Notes under the pieces: generated by a model | What the model was told of the DNA's origin: nothing | The model's database searches: none | Seen by the model: only the letters and a program-made list of their open reading frames with translations | Part shown: positions 50,701 through 58,930 of the stretch, one piece after another | Layout: every line of letters starts with the position of its first letter | How positions within the stretch are numbered: the first letter of the stretch is position 1 | Program-made: the position numbers and the translations under genes | NCBI GenBank assembly: GCA_963713825.1 | Contig: CAVQNG010000004.1 | Location: forward strand, 224,001 to 288,000 | Reading direction: 5' to 3' | Origin: an uncultured Acidobacteriota bacterium | GTDB lineage: Bacteria > Acidobacteriota > Thermoanaerobaculia > Multivoradales > JAHEKO01 | DNA length: 64,000 nucleotides

Positions 50701-51846
50701 CGCCTTCCCAATGGCAAGGTCGATCGACAACGACTCCAAACGATACCGCTGCAGCCCGAGGCACCCTCTGCAGAACGGCGAGCGGTCCTGGACTCTCGTA
50801 TGGAAGCTCTGCTCTCACTCTGGGAGGGCCTCCTGGGACGCTTCGGTATCGGAGTGGACGACAATTTCTTCGAGCTTGGCGGTCACTCCCTACTCGTGCT
50901 CGAAATGGCACTGGCGATCGAGCGGGACTTCGAAGTCACCCTGAGTGTCGCCGAGGTCTTCGAGAATCCTACGGTCCGTCAACTGGCCGACAAGATCGCG
51001 CAGCAGCGGGGATCGGCTACCGGATACCAACATCTGTTTCCCATCCAACCGACGGGCCAGGGGGCGCCCTTCATCGTCGCCGTTCCCCATTTCTTCACCG
51101 CGATGTTCGCGCAGCGCTTTCGGAATGAACGGCCGGTTTATGGGCTGCGGGGCGTCAGCCTCCGACCCGAGGGCAACCTGGGCCGCTGGCGGACCATGAC
51201 CGAGCTCGGGGAAGATCTCGTCGACGAGATCCATCACAGGTTCGGGGCATCGAGCTGCATCATGGTGGGCTACTCTTTCGGTGCCTCGATGGCCTTCGAA
51301 GCGGTACGAATCATGGAGGAGCGTGGCCTTGCGGTGCGTTCTCTCTACCTGATCGCACCGATGCCGTTGGACTTCTTCCCTCTCGGGCCCTTCCGCCTGC
51401 AGCTCGACGGCCTCAGTCGACCAGTGCAGGACCTCTCGGCGGGTGAGGCTCTTTTCCGCTACGCACGCAGTCACAACCCGCTGACTCTGCGGCCTTATCA
51501 GCGGGCCAAGCGACGGCTCGTCATCGAACCCTGGCGCCGGATGCTGTGCGCCACTGGCAGATTGCGCCAAGGCCTCGGACTGCCGCTGACACCACGAATC
51601 CTCTATGCCGACGTCCGTGTCGACCGATTTCGATTGCATGCCGCCTATCAACCACGACCGATCCGTACGCCGACGGTTCTCTTCAATGCCCGAGAGACCG
51701 TTACCGACGCCGCCGCCACCTGGCGCCCATTCTTCCGCGGACCTTTCACCGTCGTGCCGACGCCCGACCCCCACCTCGACGACGACTCCATCGAAGCGGC
51801 TCGACGGGTCATCCTCGATCATCTGCGCGATCTGAAGGGAGACTGA
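47797..51846 (+). CDS. NRPS C-A-T-TE (A domain code DSALIAEVWK, His-like)
   Basis: C: HHILADEKS; A: YTSGSSGRPKG, NEYGPTE, YRTGD, PNGKVDR; T: FFELGGHSL; TE: GYSFG. Confidence 0.92.
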   Translation: MTTRQPNDRAALLEQAIRRKRAAAGSDTPTMMPRPADQPACLSDIQRGLWLLHQMDPRSPAYNLTSAFRVEGALDPEKLERALNEVVSRHRILRSTFRRQGETVLQVVHPHSPLALEVVEAEDGEGLAATVDEASKPFDLETGPLIRLQLVEESSKETRYLLLVLHHILADEKSLALLWEELGEAYRSRQGATEPAVQYDDYVYSLSLREPAERDRQLEDWRRRLEPLPDDLRFPFERSPSEGLAGRGRLLSRALPEPVLEGLRNLASSSGATPFLVAACAFRLLLQRYTDNQRVAFATPVSTRSHPATARMIGYFTNPVVIPTHLDEQQPVLEAVQGFSRQLRALLVQASLPFQSLAEALSPRRQRDRHPIFQIMFVHQESIAPPELGEARLQPLALDLGASKFDLTLFVTEGQRELEIALEYRVDRYAQTWMERLLDHYGTLLEQLPTDPNRTVAKVSMLGTEEQRSLLALAKGTELDADKMTLLPRQILDRVSRSPQSPALSCGDSRRSYGELEASARRIATKLVDCGVNVGDRVGVFLNRSVEMVEAVLGVHLAGAAYVPLDPTYPESRNRTVLEDADVAAVLTTASRGDELWRGPWATIEVDRIDTDVARGAVLPGPSADSPAYILYTSGSSGRPKGVVVTQANLRASTAARLQVYEKPPRRFLLLPSIAFDSSVAGLFWTLAMGGCLVIPSDEEALDPRRLAGLVARERVSSLLCVPSLYAQLLRADGGLLDGLETVIVAGESCTPSLVNEHFRTLPKTSLYNEYGPTEATVWATVHPLEIGAAGSSVAIGRPIPGVRVDVLDRLGRPVPVGIPGEAWITGPTVAQGYWRQPTLTAERFVIDAESARGENRYRTGDQVAWTAAGHLLFLGREDEQIKIRGFRIEPGEVEAALLESEKIQNAAVIARPLGSPTTMASETSDHQLVAFVETASPDARAGWRKDLSARLPEHMIPNRLVVLPELPRLPNGKVDRQRLQTIPLQPEAPSAERRAVLDSRMEALLSLWEGLLGRFGIGVDDNFFELGGHSLLVLEMALAIERDFEVTLSVAEVFENPTVRQLADKIAQQRGSATGYQHLFPIQPTGQGAPFIVAVPHFFTAMFAQRFRNERPVYGLRGVSLRPEGNLGRWRTMTELGEDLVDEIHHRFGASSCIMVGYSFGASMAFEAVRIMEERGLAVRSLYLIAPMPLDFFPLGPFRLQLDGLSRPVQDLSAGEALFRYARSHNPLTLRPYQRAKRRLVIEPWRRMLCATGRLRQGLGLPLTPRILYADVRVDRFRLHAAYQPRPIRTPTVLFNARETVTDAAATWRPFFRGPFTVVPTPDPHLDDDSIEAARRVILDHLRDLKGD

Positions 51847-51847
51847 C

Positions 51848-52702
51848 GTGCCAAGAGCGCCCCAGGTCATCTCGAGGCAGGCCGAAACGAAACGCCCGGC
51901 AGCGCAACATCTCGATCTCATCGACCGCATGGGCACCGAGATCCACCCAGACGATCCGAAACTCGAAGAGTGGTTCTCTCGGTACCTTCGGCAGCACCGC
52001 CGGCGACTGGCCCTGGACCTCGACATGATCACTCGAGAGGCAAATACCGAGGCCAGTGTCTTGGAGTATGGCGCCATACCTCTTTTGCTCACCGGTGCAC
52101 TGGCGGCCCGCGGCTACAGGATCAGCGCGGTCGACCTCGACCCGCGCCGTTTCGCCGCCACCATTGCCGCCCTGGGCCTAGACGTCAGGCGCTGCGATGT
52201 CGAAGCGGAGGCGGTACCGTTCGAGGCGGAAACCTTCGATGTCGTGCTGTTCAACGAGCTCCTCGAGCATCTTCGTATGAATCCGATCTTCACGCTCGGT
52301 GAGGTGCATCGGGTCCTGAAGCCCGGCGGCGCGCTACTGCTTTCCACACCCAACCTCAGGTCGTTTCGCGGTATCCGAAATCTGCTCGTCAGAAACCAGG
52401 GCCACGCTGTCTCCCCCGGCATCTACGAGCAATACGAGAAGCTCGAAACCCTCGGACACATGGGACACGTCCGGGAGTACACGACGACAGAGGTCTCGGA
52501 TCTTCTCAGCCGCATCGGGTTTCGAGTCGACAAGATTGTCTTCAGGGGAGGACATGGGCGGGGTGTGGTCGGAGTGGCTGAACGACTGGCTCCATCATGG
52601 CGGCCGTTCTTCACACTGCGGGCTTTGAAGTCGGACCCTCCCCAAGCCGTCGCAGAGGCGCAACCCAGGGCAGCGGGCAATGATCGACTCGACCCTCCAT
52701 AA
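51848..52702 (+). CDS. Class I SAM-dependent methyltransferase
   Basis: VLEYG, AVDL, FDVVLFNELLEHL, LKPGG.LLLSTPN, HVREYT. Confidence 0.82.
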   Translation: MPRAPQVISRQAETKRPAAQHLDLIDRMGTEIHPDDPKLEEWFSRYLRQHRRRLALDLDMITREANTEASVLEYGAIPLLLTGALAARGYRISAVDLDPRRFAATIAALGLDVRRCDVEAEAVPFEAETFDVVLFNELLEHLRMNPIFTLGEVHRVLKPGGALLLSTPNLRSFRGIRNLLVRNQGHAVSPGIYEQYEKLETLGHMGHVREYTTTEVSDLLSRIGFRVDKIVFRGGHGRGVVGVAERLAPSWRPFFTLRALKSDPPQAVAEAQPRAAGNDRLDPP

Positions 52703-53591
52703 GCGCATCTTCGTCGTCGGAGCGCCTCGATCTGGCACGACGCTGGTGCAGAGTCTGCTGGCGGCAAACAGCGCGTCGACTTCCTTCACCGAGAGTCACT
52801 TCTTCGACGCTCACTTCTCACGCCTGCCCGGCACCTCGACTGCGATCCTGACCAGAGATCCCGGGGTCAGAGTGCACAGATTTCTGGCCGAGAACGGCGA
52901 AGAGCCGGTGGCAGCGGCCCAGGGGTTTCGCGAAGGGAACCGTCGGGTGCTGGCCGCCAGATTTCTGCTGCCCTTCTATTCCCGAACGGTTGCCATCCGG
53001 CTACTGCAGATTCTCGACGAGCTGGCGCTGCGCAGAGGCGCGCAAAACTGGATCGAGAAGACGCCACGGCACCTACGTTACGTTCCGTTTCTCGAGAGAG
53101 TCTGCTCCGGGTTCGGTCCTCCGGCTCACTTCGTGCACGTGATCCGAGACGGACTGGAGGTAGTCGCGTCGCTGCACGAGGCCTCCAAGAGCTGGGAGCG
53201 CCCCTACGATCTGGAGACCTGCATCGAACGCTGGAACCGAGACGTGACCTTTTCCCTCAGCCGGATCGCAGCGCCGCGCGACCACTTCGTCTTCTACGAG
53301 GAGCTCGCCTCACGACCCGAGCCGATCCTGGAGCGGCTGGTCACGCAGCTCGGCATGGTGTGGGAGCCCGACATTCTCGAACGGTATGGTCACACGAGCA
53401 ATCGGCTCGTGACACCCGAAGAGTCCTGGAAAGCAGGCGTCGACCGCCCGATTCGGCAGGCCGCGTCCTCGGATCGGGTGCTCGACGCTGCGCAGCGGGA
53501 TCGCATCAGGCAAACGTTGCGGCACGATCTCTACCGCCAGCTCGCAGCTGGCGTTCAGCAACGCACGGGCCTCCCTGCCAATAGCGGTTGA
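52680..53591 (+). CDS. Sulfotransferase (Sulfotransfer_3-like)
   Basis: IFVVGAPRSGTTL, EKTPRH, HVIRDG..VVAS, FYEEL. Confidence 0.88.
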   Translation: MIDSTLHKRIFVVGAPRSGTTLVQSLLAANSASTSFTESHFFDAHFSRLPGTSTAILTRDPGVRVHRFLAENGEEPVAAAQGFREGNRRVLAARFLLPFYSRTVAIRLLQILDELALRRGAQNWIEKTPRHLRYVPFLERVCSGFGPPAHFVHVIRDGLEVVASLHEASKSWERPYDLETCIERWNRDVTFSLSRIAAPRDHFVFYEELASRPEPILERLVTQLGMVWEPDILERYGHTSNRLVTPEESWKAGVDRPIRQAASSDRVLDAAQRDRIRQTLRHDLYRQLAAGVQQRTGLPANSG

Positions 53592-53601
53592 TACCCTTAC
53601 G

Positions 53602-54375
53602 GTGTCCATGAGCGATCGTCCGAGTGTCTCCGTCGTCGTCCCGTTCTTCGCCAATGAGCTCACGTTGGCCGCCTGCATCGAATCGCTGCTGAACCAGGGC
53701 GCTGTCGAGGGCGGCTACGAGGTCATCCTGATCAACAATGGCTCAACGGACCGTTCCCCGTCGATAGCCGCTCACTACCCCGAGGTGACGGTGCTGGAGG
53801 AGGCAAACCTGGGCGCCTACGCTGCCCGCAACACTGGTATTCGCAAAGCCCGAGCTCCGGTGATCGCCTTCACCGACGCCGATTGTGTGGCCGCGGATGA
53901 CTGGCTGCAATCGATCCTCGACGGCTTTTTTGATCCGGCGATCGCGATCCTCCTGGGACACTTTCGCTATCCCGCCAGCTCGAACTGGACTCTGCGCCTC
54001 CTTGGCGCCTATGAGAACGCCAAGGCCGACTACGTGCTGCATCGCTGCGGGCCGGCCTATTACTTCGGCTATGCGAACAATATGGCGGTTCGGGCTTCAG
54101 TCTTCGCGGAGCTCGGACTCTTCAAGGAATGGCAACGGGCCGCCGACAGCGAGTTGGTTCATCGTTTGGCGGCCCGCCGCCCCGACCTGGAATTGGCCTA
54201 TCGGCCATCGATGAGGGTCACGCACCTGGAGTTTCTACACACTCGAGACCGCGTCCGACGAATGTCCATGTACACCAAGACCAATACACAGATCAGTACC
54301 TTCCGGGAGCTCGGACCCCGGCAACGCGCAGGTGTGTTGGTAAGGCTGATTCGAGGTTGGCGGGGCTATCACTAG
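53602..54375 (+). CDS. GT2-family glycosyltransferase
   Basis: VSVVVP, INNGSTD, AARNTG, FTDADC (DxD). Confidence 0.88.
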   Translation: MSMSDRPSVSVVVPFFANELTLAACIESLLNQGAVEGGYEVILINNGSTDRSPSIAAHYPEVTVLEEANLGAYAARNTGIRKARAPVIAFTDADCVAADDWLQSILDGFFDPAIAILLGHFRYPASSNWTLRLLGAYENAKADYVLHRCGPAYYFGYANNMAVRASVFAELGLFKEWQRAADSELVHRLAARRPDLELAYRPSMRVTHLEFLHTRDRVRRMSMYTKTNTQISTFRELGPRQRAGVLVRLIRGWRGYH

Positions 54376-54381
54376 CCGACC

Positions 54382-57300
54382 TCAAGCGGGCGGCTCGACC
54401 CCTTCTGCAATTCGTCCGCCGTCGTCCTCGGTCAGCTCCGCGACATCAGCGAGGATCTTCTCTTCCGCAATCCGGGCTAGCCTTCCCAGCGTCGTATGCG
54501 AGAACAAGGACTCCAAGGGAAGGTCGATGTCGAACTCACGACAGAGCTGGAGCATGACCTGCATGGCGGCCAGAGAGGTACCACCGAGCTCGAAGAAATC
54601 ATCGTCGGCCCCCACAGTGTCGACTTCCAGCTCCTGCTGCCAAGCTTGGCCCAGAAACTCCTCCACCGGACCTTCGAGCTCTCGGAACGGCTTTTCCCTA
54701 GGCCTTTGATAGACCTCCGATCGAAGCGCTTCCTCGTCGACCTTGCCGCTCGCCGTCAAGGGGATGGTGTCGACACGCTGAAGATGGGTGGGGATCAGAT
54801 AGGGCGGTAAGCGCTCACCGAGCTGGCTCGAGATCGTGTCGACGGATATGTCCTCAGCGCAGACAACGAAGGCCTCGAGAGCGACCTGATCGGAATGCGT
54901 CGAGAGTCGCTCGACGTCATATCCAATCTCCCTCAGCATCGTCTTCACGTCATTGACGTCGATGTCGTCGTCGAGCTCGGCGAGAGCCGCCGCTCGGGTC
55001 TTGTGCCCCAGACGAACGTCCCAGCTGTAGGGCAGAGCGTAGTTGTGGAAGCCGCGCTCACGGCGATGGACGTAGATCCCCACGTCATTGATCAGGCAGT
55101 TGGTCGAGCGTCCCGTGTCCTCAGGGCGCACCCAGGGCACCTTCTGCCGCAGGTAGGCGTACATCTCGTCCAGACCGACATCCACATAGCGGAAGAAATC
55201 AACGAACTGGACCGCCCGGAAGACCTCGTCATCCTCGAACACCGCAGTACCGAGTGCGCGCGTCACCTCGTCACGAACCCTGTGGTAGACCTTGCGCGCC
55301 GCCAGCACAGCTGCATCGACCTCGTCCGGACTGCGAAGCCCGTCGCGAAACATGTCCTCGACGAGTCGCGTCTCGAACATCTGTCCCCTCGACAGACCAG
55401 TGACAATGATCGGAATTCCCAGCTCACGCGCTCGCTTCATGCTCAAGGTGTAGATCGTCTTGAAGCAGCCGTTGCAGACATTCGAGAATCGCATCAGACT
55501 GTCGCGAAAGATCGCGTTCATCGCTCGGGTCGTGGCGAGCTCGACTGGAACACCGAGCTGCTGGGTCACCCTTCGGACGTTGTCCTTGGCGCCTTCGGAA
55601 ATGAACCCATTGTCGAGGCTGAAGGCATAGACCGAAAGCCCCATGTCCACCAGCCGACACAGAGCGTAGGTGCTGTCCTTCCCACCGCTGTAGAGCATCA
55701 AGCAGTCGTAGGGCGCGTCATGTTGTCGGGCCGACTCCTCGAAGATTCGACTCAGGTCCTCTTCACTCTTGAAGTAGGCCTGAGCGTGCTCCTTGATCGA
55801 CTCGTAGGAGCGGCAGATGCTGCAGACGCCCGCCTCGTCGAGAGCTGCTCGAGGGTAGTTCGACGGCAGACCGCAGCGCACACAGTGGCGCAGCTGCTGA
55901 TCCAACTCGAGCGTCACGACAGGATGGCGACGCGCCACGACGGCACATTCGTCGATCCCTGCAATCGAGAGCAGTGCCGTTTCGATCTCCCCAGGCTCGA
56001 CGCGGAAGCCCGACACCTTGAGTTGGCGGTCGAATCGACCGAGATACTCGAGCTTGCCGTCGTCGAGCATTCGAACCTGATCGCCGGTTCGATAGCGGCG
56101 CTGCGCCGGATGCGCCGGATGCTCCTGGAAGCGTTGCTGGGTAATCTCGTCCGGGCCGTGGTAGCCGCGCGCCAGACCGTAACGGGAGATCCACAACTCA
56201 CCCGGAACCCCGACCGGCACCGCGGTCAATGCTTCGTTCAAGACCTCCACGGTGACATGGTCTGCAGGAACGCCGATGGGAACGCTCAGGCCTCTATCGC
56301 TCGAGGAATCGTAGCGGTGGGCCACGCAACCGACGACGGCCTCCGTAGGGCCGTACTCGTTGTAGAGCTCGACTCGATCCTGGAGCCCGGCGACCAGCCG
56401 CGCTGCGAGCTCCGTTCTCAGGTTCTCTCCACCGGCGACGATGCGACGAACCCGAGAACCTTCAAGACCCATGCTTTCGAGCAGTGACAGATGCGACGGC
56501 GTCAACTTGATGAAATCGACCGCGTTGGTCTCGACGACGTCCTGTAGCGCGGTGTCCACTGGCCCATCCGGTTCCGGGTAGATCTCGAGGCAACCCCCCG
56601 TGATCAGCGGTAGAAAAAGGCTGGTGACCGTCAGATCGAACGCCATCGAGGTGACGAGCGGGAAGGTGAAACGCTCACCCCGCACATACTGGCGGTCCGC
56701 CCAGCAGAGATAGTCCACCAGGCCGCCATGCTCGATGAGGACACCCTTCGGCTTGCCGGTGGATCCCGAGGTGTACATCAGGTAGGCCAACTCGTCGAGG
56801 CCTGGGACTTCTCGATCCAGGGGTGTCCCGCTCCCGGAGCCCAGCGCCTCGGCGATCGACAGCTGGTCGGCTCCGGAGACCTGGGGCTCGACCCCTCCGA
56901 GATCGCCGAGCAGCAGGAGTCGAGCGCCAGAGTCCGCGACAATCTGGTCCAATCGTGCCTGTGGGGTTCTGGCCTCGATGGGCACGTAGGCGGCTCTTGC
57001 ACGCAAGGTAGCGAGAATCGCGACCACGGCCAGAGACGACCTCCGACTCAAGATGGCGACACGGTCTCCCGGTTCGACGCCTCCTGCGACGAGGACCGCG
57101 GCGAGTTCTTCCATCTGGTCACGGAGGCCGGCGTAGGTCGTTTCGACTCCTCCCTGGCGTAGTGCCACCCGGCCGGGGTGGCGCTCCGCCTGGGCTTCGA
57201 ACATCTCGATCACCGATCGTTCAGGCAGCGGCTGCGAATCGGTGGCATTGAGAGTGGCCAGTACCTGTCGCTCTTCAGCGACTAGCAGGTCGACCTCGGC

Positions 57301-58617
57301 GATCGGCCGATCCGGATCCTCCAGCAGCGCCGCCAACAGAATCTCGAAGTGCTCGAGGCTGCGGCGACGCAGTCGCTCAGGCAGCGCCCTCTCGTTGTAG
57401 TCGAAATGCAGCGTGTAACCGCCAGTCCCCGAGAAATCGTGCACCTGGACTCGGAGGGCATGTACGCTGTCACCATGCCCCGGATGCACCCAGTCGACTT
57501 CGACCGGACAACCTGCGAAATCGCTGAACGCCGACGGAAAGTAGTTGAGTACCACGTTGCTCGCCGCGGCACTGGAGGGAGCGCTGCTCCCGGGTAAGGC
57601 GTGAACCAGGAATCGCCGGGCTTCCTCGAGACAGCGGGCTCCGAGTGAGAGGAACGTGTCGCCCGACTCGACTCGCGCCGCAAAGGGAAACAGTTCGATG
57701 AACAGACCCAGAGAGCGCTTGGCGTCCGGCGTCGGGCGACCGGCGATCGGGGCATCGAAACTCAGTTCCTGCCATCCGCTGATCCGGTGGAGCCAGCTCA
57801 CCAGGAGCGTGGCGAAAAGTGCGAATCGAGAAATCTCCGCCGACAGGCTCGAAAAACCGTCCTGCTCGCAGAGTCGATCGAGAGCCCTCGACCGCCCCTC
57901 GCCGAGCTCGAGGCTCAACCGTCGACTGACCGTGCCGACCGGGCGCCCGTCACGACCGTAGAAGGACACCGAACGCCCAGCACGTTCACTGCGGGCTGCC
58001 CAATGCTCTTCGGCCTCGGATCGGGTCTCCGCCGAACCGCGTTGCAGAGAGTCAGCGGTCGGATAGTAGTCGGCGAGACTGGCGCGCTCGGCTGGCACAT
58101 CACCACCGCTCCGCGACTGGTACTCGGCCCCGACCTCGCGAAACAAAAGCTGCGTCGACCAGGCGTCGGTGATGAGATGGTGTTGATTCAGGTACCACCC
58201 GGTGCGGCCCTTTCCCAGACGGACTAGGACGCTGTCGATAAGTGCGCCCTCGAGCGACAGTGCTTTGGCGCAGCGCTGGTGGCACCAACTCTTGAACTCG
58301 TCGAGCGGTTCGGACCGCGAGGTGAAGTCGAGCACCTCAGTGGGCGTCGTGTGCTCTGCGAGCTGGATTCGTACTCCTCCACCTTCCTGCTCGACCAACC
58401 GAGTCCGCAACGCGTCGCTGCGTTCCACGACGCGTCGCCAGGCTTCACAAAACAGCTCCGTCTCGAGCTCCGCAGGAAAAACGAACGCGAAGGCCATGTT
58501 GTACAGCGGACTGCCCGGATTGAGCCTTTGTCCAAGCCATATCTGTGTTTGGCTGTGGGTCAGCTCAATACTGGCGGCTCCGAGATCGCCCATTTCGCTG
58601 TTGGTGGTGGCTGTCAA
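54382..58617 (-). CDS. NRPS C-A-T with Asn-type A domain (DLTKVGEVGK) interrupted by an AANH/PP-loop (AlbIV/CysH AMDH-like) domain
   Basis: C: HHLITDAWS; A: YTSGSTGKPKG, FDLTVT, NEYGPTE, YRTGD; ~335-aa insert with CVRC, CSIC, SGGKDS, CNGC, STNC; A10 ASGKVD; T: FFELGGTSL; start TTG 58617 after AAGGAG (alternative ATG 58593). Confidence 0.9.
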   Translation of the reverse strand: MTATTNSEMGDLGAASIELTHSQTQIWLGQRLNPGSPLYNMAFAFVFPAELETELFCEAWRRVVERSDALRTRLVEQEGGGVRIQLAEHTTPTEVLDFTSRSEPLDEFKSWCHQRCAKALSLEGALIDSVLVRLGKGRTGWYLNQHHLITDAWSTQLLFREVGAEYQSRSGGDVPAERASLADYYPTADSLQRGSAETRSEAEEHWAARSERAGRSVSFYGRDGRPVGTVSRRLSLELGEGRSRALDRLCEQDGFSSLSAEISRFALFATLLVSWLHRISGWQELSFDAPIAGRPTPDAKRSLGLFIELFPFAARVESGDTFLSLGARCLEEARRFLVHALPGSSAPSSAAASNVVLNYFPSAFSDFAGCPVEVDWVHPGHGDSVHALRVQVHDFSGTGGYTLHFDYNERALPERLRRRSLEHFEILLAALLEDPDRPIAEVDLLVAEERQVLATLNATDSQPLPERSVIEMFEAQAERHPGRVALRQGGVETTYAGLRDQMEELAAVLVAGGVEPGDRVAILSRRSSLAVVAILATLRARAAYVPIEARTPQARLDQIVADSGARLLLLGDLGGVEPQVSGADQLSIAEALGSGSGTPLDREVPGLDELAYLMYTSGSTGKPKGVLIEHGGLVDYLCWADRQYVRGERFTFPLVTSMAFDLTVTSLFLPLITGGCLEIYPEPDGPVDTALQDVVETNAVDFIKLTPSHLSLLESMGLEGSRVRRIVAGGENLRTELAARLVAGLQDRVELYNEYGPTEAVVGCVAHRYDSSSDRGLSVPIGVPADHVTVEVLNEALTAVPVGVPGELWISRYGLARGYHGPDEITQQRFQEHPAHPAQRRYRTGDQVRMLDDGKLEYLGRFDRQLKVSGFRVEPGEIETALLSIAGIDECAVVARRHPVVTLELDQQLRHCVRCGLPSNYPRAALDEAGVCSICRSYESIKEHAQAYFKSEEDLSRIFEESARQHDAPYDCLMLYSGGKDSTYALCRLVDMGLSVYAFSLDNGFISEGAKDNVRRVTQQLGVPVELATTRAMNAIFRDSLMRFSNVCNGCFKTIYTLSMKRARELGIPIIVTGLSRGQMFETRLVEDMFRDGLRSPDEVDAAVLAARKVYHRVRDEVTRALGTAVFEDDEVFRAVQFVDFFRYVDVGLDEMYAYLRQKVPWVRPEDTGRSTNCLINDVGIYVHRRERGFHNYALPYSWDVRLGHKTRAAALAELDDDIDVNDVKTMLREIGYDVERLSTHSDQVALEAFVVCAEDISVDTISSQLGERLPPYLIPTHLQRVDTIPLTASGKVDEEALRSEVYQRPREKPFRELEGPVEEFLGQAWQQELEVDTVGADDDFFELGGTSLAAMQVMLQLCREFDIDLPLESLFSHTTLGRLARIAEEKILADVAELTEDDGGRIAEGVEPPA

Positions 58618-58624
58618 CGGCGAT

Positions 58625-58930
58625 TCACTCCTTGAGGCCGGCTGGGGTGCTCTGCTCAGCAGACTCGACGCTGCCACGGACATAGTCAGCGAGCACTGCG
58701 ACGCTCTGGAAGTTCTCGACGACGAAGCCCGAAGACTGCAGGTCGACCTGGAACTCCTTCTCGACGAAGGCCGCCAGACGCAGCGCGCCGATCGAGTCGA
58801 GCACTTCCCCCGTCAAGAGGTCGTCATCGCGCTCGATCGTCGTTTCCGGGGCCAGCAACTCGCGCCGCAGGAACTCGAGTATCCTGACCTCGATGTCTCC
58901 AATCGACAGCCCAGCTTCGCTCTCAGTCAT
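58625..58930 (-). CDS. Stand-alone carrier protein (PltL-like PCP/ACP)
   Basis: DDDLL.GEVLDSIG...FVEKEF...ENFQSV. Confidence 0.88.
   Translation of the reverse strand: MTESEAGLSIGDIEVRILEFLRRELLAPETTIERDDDLLTGEVLDSIGALRLAAFVEKEFQVDLQSSGFVVENFQSVAVLADYVRGSVESAEQSTPAGLKE

Noticed and set aside
47797-58617. Identification as a bleomycin-family cluster (Asn and His codes)
   Set aside because: No PKS module, cyclisation/oxidase domains, Ser/Thr/Cys modules or binding-protein resistance gene in the window
54382-58617. Identification as an albicidin/cystobactamid cluster
   Set aside because: Only the inserted domain is shared; no pABA-type modules, pABA synthesis genes or pentapeptide-repeat resistance gene are visible
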